Below, in pieces: positions 48,575 through 58,560 of a stretch of 64,000 bases of DNA. The stretch is from Promethearchaeati archaeon SRVP18_Atabeyarchaeia-1 (lineage in GTDB: Archaea; Asgardarchaeota; Atabeyarchaeia; Atabeyarchaeales; Atabeyarchaeaceae), in the NCBI GenBank assembly GCA_037308085.1, contig CP147779.1, forward strand, positions 1,056,001 to 1,120,000, in the 5' to 3' direction. The notes under the pieces are model-generated. The model was not told the origin of the DNA. It ran no database searches and saw nothing but the letters and a program-made list of their open reading frames with translations. The stretch's first letter is position 1; each line of letters begins with the position of its first letter. Made by a program: the position numbers and the translations under genes.

Positions 48575-49693
48575 CTACTTAAGCAGAGAAGACAGTGTGT
48601 CGACAATCTTCGAGATCTCATCTTGTGTGACGGCCGGGTGACATGGAAGTGACAGAACTTCATCAGCCGCCTTTTCTGATTCTGGAAAGTCTCCCTTTCT
48701 GTACTTGAATGTCCTTGCGTAGTACGGTGATAAGTGGATGGGGCTCTCGTAGTACGCCGCGGCGGTGATTCCGTTTTCAGCAAGTTTCCTCATTAGATCA
48801 TTGCGGGAGACGGGTGATCTATCATTAGTCACTCTGGTTGTGTACAAATACCATGAGTGTTTCGCCCACTCCTCTACAATGGGCGGGTCGAGGGCCTCCG
48901 TTTTCTCTGTGAGACCTTTGGTTAAGGCGGCAGCATTAGTCGCCCTGGCTTCCAGAAACGATGGCAGTTTTCTGAGCTGGACTCTGCCTATGGCTGCTTC
49001 GATCTCAGGCATCCTGTAGTTGTGTCCTAGCATCTCGCATTGATACTCTTCTTTCTCGCCGTGCCTTCTGATCTTCCAAATCCTTTCAGCGAGTTCGTCG
49101 TCGTTAGTTGCTACTGCTCCTCCCTCGCCGGTAGTCATGTTCTTGCTGGCGTAGAACGAGAAGCAGCCTATTTGACCGATTGATCCGGTCGCCTTTCCTC
49201 TATATTGTGAGCCTATGGACTGGGCGCAGTCTTCCACAACGGCTATTCCTTTTTCCTCAGCTATCTCCATTATTGGATCCATGTCGACTGGGTGCCCATA
49301 CAGGTGGACGGGGATTACTGCTTTGGTCCTTTTCGTGATGGCCCTCTTGAGTTTCTGGGGGTCGATCGTATACGTTCTTGAATTAATGTCTGCGAAGACG
49401 GGTCTCGCGCCAGCCAAGAGGGCGACATTCGCCGTAGCCACAAAGGTGAAAGGTGGTACGATAACCTCATCACCGTAGCCGACTCCAGCAGCAAGAAGGG
49501 ATGAGTGAAGCGCCGCTGTTCCTGAGCTTACAGTCAAGACGTGCCTTACTCCCAAATAGTCAGCAAGCTCCTTCTGGAACGCCTTGTTCATCGGACCTTC
49601 GCCCAGGCGGTTGGTGACGATTCCTGATTCCAGTACCTTTGCGACTTCTTCCTTTTCTTCAGGACCGAAGATGGGTCTGTTTATCGGTATCAC
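48575..49693 (-). CDS. DegT/DnrJ/EryC1/StrS PLP-dependent sugar aminotransferase
   Basis: SSGTAAL, TFVAT, PVHLYG, EDCAQ, FSFYASKNMTTGEGG, GHNYR. Confidence 0.95.
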   Translation of the reverse strand: MIPINRPIFGPEEKEEVAKVLESGIVTNRLGEGPMNKAFQKELADYLGVRHVLTVSSGTAALHSSLLAAGVGYGDEVIVPPFTFVATANVALLAGARPVFADINSRTYTIDPQKLKRAITKRTKAVIPVHLYGHPVDMDPIMEIAEEKGIAVVEDCAQSIGSQYRGKATGSIGQIGCFSFYASKNMTTGEGGAVATNDDELAERIWKIRRHGEKEEYQCEMLGHNYRMPEIEAAIGRVQLRKLPSFLEARATNAAALTKGLTEKTEALDPPIVEEWAKHSWYLYTTRVTNDRSPVSRNDLMRKLAENGITAAAYYESPIHLSPYYARTFKYRKGDFPESEKAADEVLSLPCHPAVTQDEISKIVDTLSSLLK

Positions 49694-49876
49694 GTTGATG
49701 CGTCAGGCTCCTTCACGAATTCTCAATGTGCGGAGGTACATCAATTGCATGATGCGATATAAACTCTCCGAGCACTATGATATGTGTTCCTTTATGTCGT
49801 GCTGACCTCCAAGGCGAATTGTGTGCCCTCCGAAATCATGAGGTTCGACATTGCATTCATGAGGACCGGCGTGAGG

Positions 49877-49885
49877 TATATATAG
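49877..49885 (+). promoter_or_regulatory. TATA box of the basic microprotein gene
   Basis: TATATATAG about 40 nt upstream of ATG 49922; GAGGGG SD at 49910-49915. Confidence 0.55.
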
Positions 49886-49921
49886 CGATCAGCCCACATA
49901 CTTTGACTTGAGGGGTTAACC

Positions 49922-50083
49922 ATGGAAGAAAAGAAAGAGGAGTACTACAAGAAAAAAGAAGTGGCATTGGGCGGACCAGAGGAAAAGAAGAAACAGTACT
50001 ACAAGAAGAAAGAAAAAGTCGCGAAGCCAGCAAAGAAAGCGAAACAGGCTAAGAAGGCTAAGAAGGCTAAGAAGGCGAAGTAG
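49922..50083 (+). CDS. 53-aa Lys/Ala-rich basic microprotein (not in the ORF track)
   Basis: MEEKKEEYYKKKEVALGGPEEKKKQYYKKKEKVAKPAKKAKQAKKAKKAKKAK; has SD and TATA; the opposite-strand 62-aa ORF is its shadow. Confidence 0.75.
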   Translation: MEEKKEEYYKKKEVALGGPEEKKKQYYKKKEKVAKPAKKAKQAKKAKKAKKAK

Positions 50084-50128
50084 TCCGCACAGCGTGCCAA
50101 ACAAGAAAGTCTAGCCATGAACCCCCAC

Positions 50129-51010
50129 TTATTTTTCCTCACTCCCGACGGAGAAGCGGGGAGTGAATCTTACATCCCTTGAAGGGTTCATTCGCGTCAC
50201 TTGAGTCACCTCGATGGGGGTGACGATTTTTCCGACAAGTCCGTTAAGAGAGAAAGGTAACCTCGCATATTTCGTGCCCCCTCTCGTGACCCAGAGATCT
50301 ATTGGAATGTGCTCCTCATCCCTTACCCATTTTCCAAGTGCATCTCTCTCTGGTAAGGTCCAGCTATAGGACTCCGAATCCTCCACGTAGATGTGGAAGC
50401 CACGTCCAGAATAGATGACCTCGAGTTTCTCGTACCCTTTTTCGACGAGGATGTTATACAGCCTCAGTGTGTAGATTGCTGCCTTCTTGAAACATATAAA
50501 GCAGAAACCGTACATGGATTTTCTTTTTATTCGCTCCTCGAGTGTTCCGCAATTTGGACATTCAATATTCTCAGGATCCACATCAAACATTACGTGCTGC
50601 CCGAATATGTTGGTGCAATTCGAACAGTCCTTTCCGCGTTTCTTGCACTCAATACATTTCTCCTTATTCTCGTAGAGATTTCGATCATAGTAAACATCTT
50701 CAGGAAGCAGATCCACGAGTCTTGTCTTCAGCTCTTTCAACTTTCCGAGTGAGAACATAAGCAGGGTACCGGCTGACTTTCTATATCTCCTGCGGACTAC
50801 TCCGGTCTCCGTGCCAACATCAACCGCGAAGATCGGATTCCTAAGGGCTTCGGGCAGACGGTCAAGCCATCTTCTGGCTTCTTCGACATTGAATTCTCGA
50901 GAGTAGTATTCCCTCCTCTGCGTAATCGTGGGAGAGAAGCAGTTGACCGGGAAACAGAGCCTTTGCTGCAGGGCAAATTCCTCTCCGAAATTAGTTCTGA
51001 GCGGAATCAA
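50129..51010 (-). CDS. Archaeo-eukaryotic primase (PriS-like) domain protein with Cys clusters
   Basis: RRE, MFDVD, YSGRGFHI, ID..VT....ARLPFSLN; CxxC clusters. Confidence 0.82.
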   Translation of the reverse strand: MIPLRTNFGEEFALQQRLCFPVNCFSPTITQRREYYSREFNVEEARRWLDRLPEALRNPIFAVDVGTETGVVRRRYRKSAGTLLMFSLGKLKELKTRLVDLLPEDVYYDRNLYENKEKCIECKKRGKDCSNCTNIFGQHVMFDVDPENIECPNCGTLEERIKRKSMYGFCFICFKKAAIYTLRLYNILVEKGYEKLEVIYSGRGFHIYVEDSESYSWTLPERDALGKWVRDEEHIPIDLWVTRGGTKYARLPFSLNGLVGKIVTPIEVTQVTRMNPSRDVRFTPRFSVGSEEK

Positions 51011-51027
51011 TGGGTGGGCTGTTTAGT

Positions 51028-51987
51028 CTACCTAGCAGTCCAGATCTTTCTTCCGCCCTTCTCTTCCTCAGACTGCTGTAACACTCCTCTGGCAGACAGT
51101 GATCTTAGATATGCTGCGGTGGTTAATGCCGTTGCTACTGGTTTCAATTCGCCTGACCAGCCTAGACCTAGTGCCCTTTCCACGCTATCCGCGATTTCTT
51201 TCGTGTCGGCTTCGCCGAGACGGCTGACCGTATCAGAAACTTCGCTCATCCACATCTCATGTGCATCGATTGCCCTACTAATCTGCTCCTTTATCATGTC
51301 TCCGGAAGCCAGGGAGTCGTGAGCTGGGGCAAGGAAGTCAATTCTCAATTCGAGCAGTCGTTTGAGAATTATTGCCTTTCTTTCGACACTGCCAGTCATA
51401 TCGATGATGTACTTGCAGGGATTGGAGGGAGATTCGATAGTCTCGTCTCCAGTGAACATGACTCTCCTATAGTCGTCGTAGAACATTACGTGACCACCAC
51501 AGTGTCCACCGGAGTGTATGACTGTTAGAGTAGAGCGCCCGAGTTCTATTCTCTCCCCGCCGAGCAAGATCGAGTCTGGGTTAACTGGGTCGATCCTACC
51601 GAAGATCCCCTGTAGCTTATGCGCAATTCCATTAGATTCCTCTGATGGATTGAAGTGTTCGACAAGAAGTTTCGCCGGATCCCTAAGGGTATCTGCAGCA
51701 GCGCTGTGAACATAGATCTTCGCGTTGCTCGCGTTCTTCAACTCAGCCGCTGCACCGAAGTGATCAGGATGCTCATGTGTAAGGAGCACGTACCTCAGAT
51801 CCTTCTTTGGATCTCTGCCGTGATTCTTCACGACATCTATTACTTCCTTCCATAGCTCGCCTTTTGCTCCCGTGTCAACTGCTGCCACTTTTTCATCGAT
51901 GATTACGTAGCTTGAATTCGCTATGCCGTCTTCATCATACTTCCCATAGACTCTTATTAAGCTCGGAGTTATCTCTTCATGGGGCAA
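51028..51987 (-). CDS. MBL-fold metallo-hydrolase with C-terminal wHTH
   Basis: VDTG, THEHPDHFG, GHCGG, FTGD, PAH. Confidence 0.92.
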   Translation of the reverse strand: MPHEEITPSLIRVYGKYDEDGIANSSYVIIDEKVAAVDTGAKGELWKEVIDVVKNHGRDPKKDLRYVLLTHEHPDHFGAAAELKNASNAKIYVHSAAADTLRDPAKLLVEHFNPSEESNGIAHKLQGIFGRIDPVNPDSILLGGERIELGRSTLTVIHSGGHCGGHVMFYDDYRRVMFTGDETIESPSNPCKYIIDMTGSVERKAIILKRLLELRIDFLAPAHDSLASGDMIKEQISRAIDAHEMWMSEVSDTVSRLGEADTKEIADSVERALGLGWSGELKPVATALTTAAYLRSLSARGVLQQSEEEKGGRKIWTAR

Positions 51988-52134
51988 GATAACTTCCTCC
52001 TCAACATTCGATTTTGATGCTGATTATTCTTAGTAGACGATCAGCAACTTAATTCTGTTGGTTGCGGGTCTTTCTTCTTGGGGGTCTCTTACTTCTGTGC
52101 AGAGAAGCTTCTCCTTATCGGATCTATGGCACGT

Positions 52135-53034
52135 TCACAAGATAACCGAGGACAAGAACATCGCTAAACAACCTATCAAGAGGACCGCGAATGCAGCCCT
52201 GCTCCAGTGCAGGACTTTCTCTCCATCAAAAGGCGAGACTGGGATCATGTTGAAAAAGCCAAGCCAACCCGATAACATTGCTCCAAACAAGAAGAAGGTT
52301 GCATAATATGGGAAGATAAAGGCAAACAAGAACAGAATCCCGCTGATTACAAGGTTAGTTGCAGGTCCAGCCGCAGCTGCTTTTCCATACTCACGAGGTG
52401 ACGCATATCCTCCTATCATGACAGCCCCTGGAGCGTATATCTTGAAGGGAGACACGAGGAGGATCATGAGCGTCAATAAGGCATAGGAAGGCACTATCCT
52501 AAACTCGGCGAAGAGACCATGCCTCTGTGCAATGACCTTATGCATTAGCTCGTGGGGTAGGAAGGAAAGGAACAGGATCAATGTCAAAAAGACAAAGAGA
52601 GTCGGATCGAACTGGCTTGGAGACAGTAACGGGAAAAGCGGGAAGAATACAGAGAAACTTAGCAAAACAAGGAGAGCCAAAGCGATCAGGAGGTGCCCTA
52701 CTTCGGTTCTTGAAAAGTGCGCTCTGCCTCCTCTTTTCGCGTATGGCGCATTGAAGCCAGGTCCCCCAGAATACGAGTACTCGACACGGTACTCCACTCC
52801 TTCCCTGTCTTCTCGCCGATCAGGCTTGACGATGTCTTGAGATTGCAGGGCAAGTCCAGAGCCTCCGCGGCCTGCACCAATCGCTTCAACACCTTTAGTT
52901 TCAAGCATTCCGACGCAGTCGTGGAACTCGGGGAGTCTGTGCTTTGCGCAGTACTGTTTCTGGCAGCGCCTACAGATGTACGGCATGGACACCGATTCTC
53001 CGCATTTTGCACACTTCGTCAAACTCGCTCTCAC
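52135..53034 (-). CDS. AN1-type zinc finger + M50 (site-2) membrane metalloprotease
   Basis: CxxC..PY.C..C...YC..HRLPE.H.C; HELMH, AGP..N, FNMIP..PFDG. Confidence 0.9.
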   Translation of the reverse strand: MRASLTKCAKCGESVSMPYICRRCQKQYCAKHRLPEFHDCVGMLETKGVEAIGAGRGGSGLALQSQDIVKPDRREDREGVEYRVEYSYSGGPGFNAPYAKRGGRAHFSRTEVGHLLIALALLVLLSFSVFFPLFPLLSPSQFDPTLFVFLTLILFLSFLPHELMHKVIAQRHGLFAEFRIVPSYALLTLMILLVSPFKIYAPGAVMIGGYASPREYGKAAAAGPATNLVISGILFLFAFIFPYYATFFLFGAMLSGWLGFFNMIPVSPFDGEKVLHWSRAAFAVLLIGCLAMFLSSVIL

Positions 53035-53293
53035 CCCGTTCCGAATTCTAGTTGGTACTGGTAGCGGACAAGGCTAATAAGAAATTCGATTTAGGAGGAA
53101 CACAGGATCCGTGGCACGGCTGATCATTAAGAGCTGGAAGGAGGGAGAAATCCCCTCCACTGTGAAACTGGAGAGAAGAGCGGTAAGAGACTATATTTAG
53201 GCATTTACTCAACGTTACATAGCTACAGAACCCAAGATCTGAGGCGTGTACGATTGCTCTCATTGGCTTGAGCTATGCGGGGGAGTACATTAG

Positions 53294-54088
53294 TTGCCGA
53301 TTGCGACTGGACGTGAAAAGGATTGGATGGAGGAGGCAACGGTCAAGAGGGAGATCAGAGGCTTAGCCCTCTCGGTTGTTTTGGCGCTCCTGAGGGCGGG
53401 AGGCGGATCAGTCAGCATCGAGAGCCTATCAAACGAACTTGAGGTGTCCTTTGGCAACCTCGTCGCGATAGTCAGGCGACTGGAGGAAGAAGGCCTAATC
53501 AAGATGAATAGAGAAGGAACGGGGATCGTAATTCCAAGCGGGGAAGAGCGTCTCAGGCTGGCAGTCACGGCAGTGGCATTTGGCGCAGGGATAGAGGAAT
53601 CCGCTAAAGCTCTATCTTGGAAGGAGTTCGAGTCTTTCTGCACTAAGATACTTGAAGAGAACGGGTACTCATGTGTGCATGGATTCCGATTCAAGTCTAC
53701 AAAGGGTCGAAGATATGAATGTGATGTGGTAGCACTTAACAAGCCCGTGCTATTGTTGGCTGACTGCAAACACTACAAAGGAAGAGTCAGGGGGCTACGC
53801 GCTGTCGTCGAGAAGCAGTTAGAAAGGGCTGGCGCCATGAGCAAAACCACTTCGGCGGTGATGCGTAGGATCCCGCAGATCATCTTATGGGGAAGAATGG
53901 TAATAGTTCCAGTCGTAATCACAATGTTGCCCGAGAATATAGCGATTGTTGATGGAGTCCCCGTAGTTCCAGCATTCAAGCTAAATCAGTTCATTCAAGA
54001 ACTTCCATCGAATATCGAGGCGGTAAAACACAATACGGTCGAGCCATCGAGGCAGCGAAGGCTCACCCAGACGGAAACGACACGCTAG
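53294..54088 (+). CDS. wHTH + restriction-endonuclease-like (Mrr/NERD) nuclease
   Basis: LSWKEFE...GY...ECDVVA...ADCKH. Confidence 0.8.
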   Translation: MPIATGREKDWMEEATVKREIRGLALSVVLALLRAGGGSVSIESLSNELEVSFGNLVAIVRRLEEEGLIKMNREGTGIVIPSGEERLRLAVTAVAFGAGIEESAKALSWKEFESFCTKILEENGYSCVHGFRFKSTKGRRYECDVVALNKPVLLLADCKHYKGRVRGLRAVVEKQLERAGAMSKTTSAVMRRIPQIILWGRMVIVPVVITMLPENIAIVDGVPVVPAFKLNQFIQELPSNIEAVKHNTVEPSRQRRLTQTETTR

Positions 54089-54214
54089 AATGGAGACCAC
54101 AATACTATCCAAAGAGCTTAAATTGAGTCACTGCTCATCTTAGCCGTATGTCTGGCAAAGGCGCTACATTGCCAGCCTTTCTACTAGTTGTGTTTCTGCA
54201 GAAGGTTAGTGCAA

Positions 54215-54766
54215 ATGCTACTTAAGAAGGCGAACATCATTGTCACAGGTCCGCCCGGTTCGGGGAAGACCCGCCTGATTCAGAGGATAGTTGAGGACCT
54301 CAAGAACCAGGGCGTCGCGGTTGGCGGTCTTCTGACCCCCGAGATAAGGGTTGGGACTGAGCGAACTGGTTTTCACATAGTGGATATTATGACTGGTGAA
54401 AAGGGATTAATGGCCGACGCCAGTCTCAGTTCTGATGTTAATGTTGGAAGGTATGGCGTCAACATCGATGTTATCAAGGAAATTGGAGTCAACGCTCTGA
54501 CGAGGGCTATGAGTAGATGTGAGGTAGTAGTAATCGACGAGATCGGTAAGATGGAACTCTACTCAAAAGAGTTCCAAGACGTTGTCGAGCAAGTACTACT
54601 CTCTGAGAAACCTATGATCGGAACAATTGGCGAGAAATTGAGACACCCATTTACTATGAAAATAAAAGCTATGCCCAGCGTCAAGGTAATGACTCTAACG
54701 CGCTCAAATTGGGATGAGACATACCGGCAGATCAAAGAAATGCTGTCCCCAACGGCAGATCAGTAA
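54215..54766 (+). CDS. Nucleoside-triphosphatase (THEP1/NTPase_1)
   Basis: TGPPGSGKT, GG.LTPEIR...R.GF, VG.Y.V, IDEIGKMEL. Confidence 0.93.
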   Translation: MLLKKANIIVTGPPGSGKTRLIQRIVEDLKNQGVAVGGLLTPEIRVGTERTGFHIVDIMTGEKGLMADASLSSDVNVGRYGVNIDVIKEIGVNALTRAMSRCEVVVIDEIGKMELYSKEFQDVVEQVLLSEKPMIGTIGEKLRHPFTMKIKAMPSVKVMTLTRSNWDETYRQIKEMLSPTADQ

Positions 54767-54903
54767 CGTAAATTCCGTTGCACACTAGCCCAATTCTCAT
54801 GGATTCTTCTAGTCTGACAAGTGCTCGTATTGCCAATTCTATTCACTTACAGATGGTCTTGCAGTGGTTTTTCCAATTGATATGAAGTTGGAGGCAAGCC
54901 TAA

Positions 54904-55821
54904 TTGAAGATCGGTGTTGTATACGGAAGGTTGACCGGAATCTGGCCTACTAAGATGCTTACTAAGAGCATTGAGAAACTGGGACACACATCAGTACTGT
55001 TCTCATTGCACCACGTCACAGCCATGGTTGGAGGGGGCAGATATCGAGTCAAAGATCAGTCAGCGGAAGAGTCTCCAAGGTTCTTGTCTAGGGTGATGAT
55101 CCTAGACGACTTGAGTGCAGCCATGGTGAGAACGCTTTCTTATGGCACCCTAGATCAGATCACTTACAGGATATCTTTGCTTGAACATATGGAGATGTCT
55201 GGAATTCTGGTTGTCAATCCGGCATATTCCTTCAGGCGAGCGCGAGACAAGTATGCAGCCCTGTTCTATCTGGAGAAGTATCGTATTCCAGTTCCGAAGA
55301 CATATGTAACGGAGAGCCTCAGGCATTCCTTGAACGTGGTAAGGAGCTTGGGCGACGTTGTGATAAAACCCCTTGTCGGCGCGCGAGGTGAGGGATCGAT
55401 TCGAACAAATGACGTTGACGTCGCTTACAGAGCTTTGAAGGCCGCCTACTCTGTGGGACAAGTTCTCTACATTCAAGAGTACATACCTAAACCTGATAGG
55501 GATATCAGGGCATTCGTCGTCGGCAACGAAGTTGTTTCAGCGATGTATAGAGTTGCACTCCCTGGGGCTTGGAAGACAAATGTCGCCCAACAGGGAAAGC
55601 CTATCAAATGCGAATTATCAAGAGAAATGGAGGACATTGCTGTCAAAGCATCGAATGCGCTTGGACTCGAGTATAGCGGAGTAGACATCATGGAGAGCCA
55701 AGATGGACCGGTCATTACTGAGGTCAACGCAGCACCAACATGGCACGGGTTACAGAGCGTAACGTCCTTTGACATTGCCGACAGGATTATTCAGCACGTC
55801 ATCGGCAAAGTGAAAAAGTAG
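54904..55821 (+). CDS. RimK-family ATP-grasp ligase (MptN/CofF/LysX-like)
   Basis: RDK, IPVPKT, VIKP..G..G.G, QEYI, DIR..V, WKTN..Q.G, GVD, EVN. Confidence 0.92.
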   Translation: MKIGVVYGRLTGIWPTKMLTKSIEKLGHTSVLFSLHHVTAMVGGGRYRVKDQSAEESPRFLSRVMILDDLSAAMVRTLSYGTLDQITYRISLLEHMEMSGILVVNPAYSFRRARDKYAALFYLEKYRIPVPKTYVTESLRHSLNVVRSLGDVVIKPLVGARGEGSIRTNDVDVAYRALKAAYSVGQVLYIQEYIPKPDRDIRAFVVGNEVVSAMYRVALPGAWKTNVAQQGKPIKCELSREMEDIAVKASNALGLEYSGVDIMESQDGPVITEVNAAPTWHGLQSVTSFDIADRIIQHVIGKVKK

Positions 55822-55886
55822 ACCCTCTGTTGCAGCTTCTGTTCAGAAGGAAGACAACCGGACATCGAAGTCGGTCCATCAACTGA

Positions 55887-56624
55887 TCAGAGAAGCGAGT
55901 CGAGCGTAGATTGATAGAGCTGGCCACCCCTTCCCTTTCCGAGGAGGACTTGTTGAACACCGCTCTCGCCCAGCCTATTCACAAGATCAGGTTTGAAGGA
56001 AAGCGATTCCTTAGTGTTAAAGAGCGTGCACTCGATATGGTTCTTGATGACTGGAACCAGCTTGCCCAACAGAACTCCATATGCTGCCACTTGCGGCGAG
56101 GCAATTATCAAGTCTGCGTCTCTGAGACCTGGCTTGAAGTCCAAGACTTGGATGGCGCCTTCCGATGTCATGCGAAGCAAGTCAATGTGCCCTGTCATCT
56201 TCAATTCCTCGCTGTACACTGGAATCTCTGATGCAACTGCAAAGGGATCATAGTTGAGCAAGAAGGAGAGCACACTACTATGGCTAGTTGAGGACGATAC
56301 CACCTTCCTTACGAGATTCAGCAGGTTACTATAGGATTCCATACTTACCAATCCTTCCCTTGCCAACTTGTGCACTAAGCCTGCCTCCCCACTCTTGGAA
56401 ACGCTTGCCAACCTCATCGTCGAAGCCCTTCTGAACTCATTGCTCCAGAAGAATTGGTGAGGTATATCGTCATTGTACACGCGTTCCAAGAAACTCCAAA
56501 GAGAAGACGCGAAGTCATGAAGGGAAGGTTGAGACGCGAGGGCCTTGTGATTTGACTGGTTCCACTGGAAAAGGTACGTAATCCTCTTGTGGATCAGCTT
56601 CTTCCTTAGGATATCCTTCCGCAC
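55887..56624 (-). CDS. PD-(D/E)xK nuclease family protein
   Basis: ASEIPVY, TGHIDLL, VLDFKP, Q...Y; C-terminal QSTLDSLL. Confidence 0.78.
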   Translation of the reverse strand: MRKDILRKKLIHKRITYLFQWNQSNHKALASQPSLHDFASSLWSFLERVYNDDIPHQFFWSNEFRRASTMRLASVSKSGEAGLVHKLAREGLVSMESYSNLLNLVRKVVSSSTSHSSVLSFLLNYDPFAVASEIPVYSEELKMTGHIDLLRMTSEGAIQVLDFKPGLRDADLIIASPQVAAYGVLLGKLVPVIKNHIECTLFNTKESLSFKPDLVNRLGESGVQQVLLGKGRGGQLYQSTLDSLL

Positions 56625-56887
56625 TAGCCAGACTCGCCTCGATCACGAAACCACATATCTCTCTGGAAGGACCAAATCTGTTGCCAGTATCTATTCTGCG
56701 TACACACGCATATATCTTTAGGTTACCAAGCCTCAACTCTCCTGCGCTTATGCTGGCCTCATGTGCGAATTGGAATCTGGCTTGATTAGGAATAGATTAA
56801 TATGACAGCCTCCGCACTAATTAATCGCGGATGAGACTTGCCTGCACAATACTGCTTTGCTGAAGACAGGCTTAGGGGAGATGTGTT

Positions 56888-57505
56888 TTGATTCACTCGG
56901 TGTACTTCATCGACACTGGCGGTCGCCTGATGTTTACTCGGAAATATGGAACCATTGAGCTTAATCCGGACCTTATGGCTGGCTTTCTCACGGCAATAAA
57001 AGAATTCTCTGGAGAGATATCGGCAGGTGCAAACAAGGGCGATTCAGTGAAGGAAATCGAGATGGAGACTTTCAACGTGATCTATGATTTCAGAAGCTCT
57101 AACGGCTTAATGTGCGTACTGTTGCACGACAAAAAAGACGACCCGAGGATTGTGAGAGGAGTTGCAAAGATCATTCTGGATGGGTTCCTGAAGAAGTACG
57201 ACGTTGAGCCGGAAAAATGGGATGGAAATACAAACAAGTTCTCAGAGTTCGGCACCCTAGTGGACGAGATACTTAAGAAAGGAAAGGTAGCAGAAGTCTA
57301 TCCTGTGTTGAAGAAAAAGCTTACCTCGCTGACAGTTAAACTTGGAATGATAAATGACCTCGAGTATCAGATAGCATCGAAGTGCGACGGTACCAAAACC
57401 TACAGAGAGATCGCGGACAAGGTAGGGGTAGATCTCGAGACCATCTACGGCACGATGTCCAAGCTTAAAGATCTGGGTCTAATCAAAGAAGAGAATCCAG
57501 AATAA
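56888..57505 (+). CDS. Longin-like domain + C-terminal winged HTH protein
   Basis: MIHSVYFID..G..MF.R.YG...DLMAGFLTAI..FS.EI; CDG.KT..EIA...L..LGLI. Confidence 0.82.
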   Translation: MIHSVYFIDTGGRLMFTRKYGTIELNPDLMAGFLTAIKEFSGEISAGANKGDSVKEIEMETFNVIYDFRSSNGLMCVLLHDKKDDPRIVRGVAKIILDGFLKKYDVEPEKWDGNTNKFSEFGTLVDEILKKGKVAEVYPVLKKKLTSLTVKLGMINDLEYQIASKCDGTKTYREIADKVGVDLETIYGTMSKLKDLGLIKEENPE

Positions 57506-57599
57506 GCAACAGGTAGCGCAAACATCTCCAGGCTCCCCATCTGTGCCTCCAGTCAGTTTGCCTTTTTTCCTAATGGCCGCGTCGCTTAAGGAACCGTTG

Positions 57600-58301
57600 T
57601 CACTTGGTCAGGATGGCCCCAGCTGTCATTATTAGAATACCTATTATCACAATGCCGGGAGCTAGAATTAGCACAGCCGGGTTAGATGCCGCAACAAACA
57701 ACGTGTGGAGGACTCGCCCCAAATAGTAGACCAAGAACCCCCCACCAACTAGGAGAGAACTGTTTCTTATTACTCCGACACTCTGAACAGCCACATAGAG
57801 GTATATGAGGGGTATTACGATGGCAAAAGCTGGAGCTATGACGACATTCAACGCGAAATACACCGGATCATTTAGACCTGCAGCAATGACCCCCTCCGGT
57901 AGAATGAGAAAAATGATGGCGCAGACTGCAGGGACAAGGGGTATACCGAACTTCAAAATGCGGTTCTCGAAGATCCGTATCGTTATGGCAAGGAACATGA
58001 AGGTCAAGGCAATCCACTGCAGTACCTCACCTATTCTCCAAATCCACTGGTACGCGAGGTCAGCTTGGACATAAAAATCCCAGACCACGAAGAAGCCTCT
58101 TCCCAGGGCAAGTAGCAGAAAGAACAATCCAAAGAAAATGTAGAAAATCGTATTGCCCTTCTGGCGTTGTCCACCAGCCCATAGCCTAAGTCCTTTCAGA
58201 AGCGCGAAATATCCGAAGAGGAGCAGTTCATACGCAACCACTACGAACCACAAGCCTATCGCCAGTGAGGCCCAAACCTCAACATAGGGGACTGGTGCCA
58301 T
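57600..58301 (-). CDS. 7-TM membrane protein of unknown function
   Basis: Seven hydrophobic segments in 233 aa; GGTGAG SD. Confidence 0.8.
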   Translation of the reverse strand: MAPVPYVEVWASLAIGLWFVVVAYELLLFGYFALLKGLRLWAGGQRQKGNTIFYIFFGLFFLLLALGRGFFVVWDFYVQADLAYQWIWRIGEVLQWIALTFMFLAITIRIFENRILKFGIPLVPAVCAIIFLILPEGVIAAGLNDPVYFALNVVIAPAFAIVIPLIYLYVAVQSVGVIRNSSLLVGGGFLVYYLGRVLHTLFVAASNPAVLILAPGIVIIGILIMTAGAILTK

Positions 58302-58560
58302 TAATCTATCTCACCGCCTATTCCTTCACGCCTGGAAGGTTCTCGATACAGACATTCAAGTACTCGTGAAGTACACCGGACACATCTACCTTCCCACGAG
58401 TCAACAACTAGTTTGACAACATCATACATAAATAACTATCCGTTACTCTTTCACCTAAGCTCTCCACTTACAGCCTGATTCCAACTACCTCATTGAATCT
58501 TCTGCTAGCGAATTTATCTTTCCTAGAAGGCAGACCAGTCCCGAGTGTGGTGCGCAACAA

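Noticed and set aside
49916-50104. 62-aa hydrophobic minus-strand ORF
   Set aside because: Antisense shadow of the Lys-rich + strand microprotein, which has the TATA box and SD
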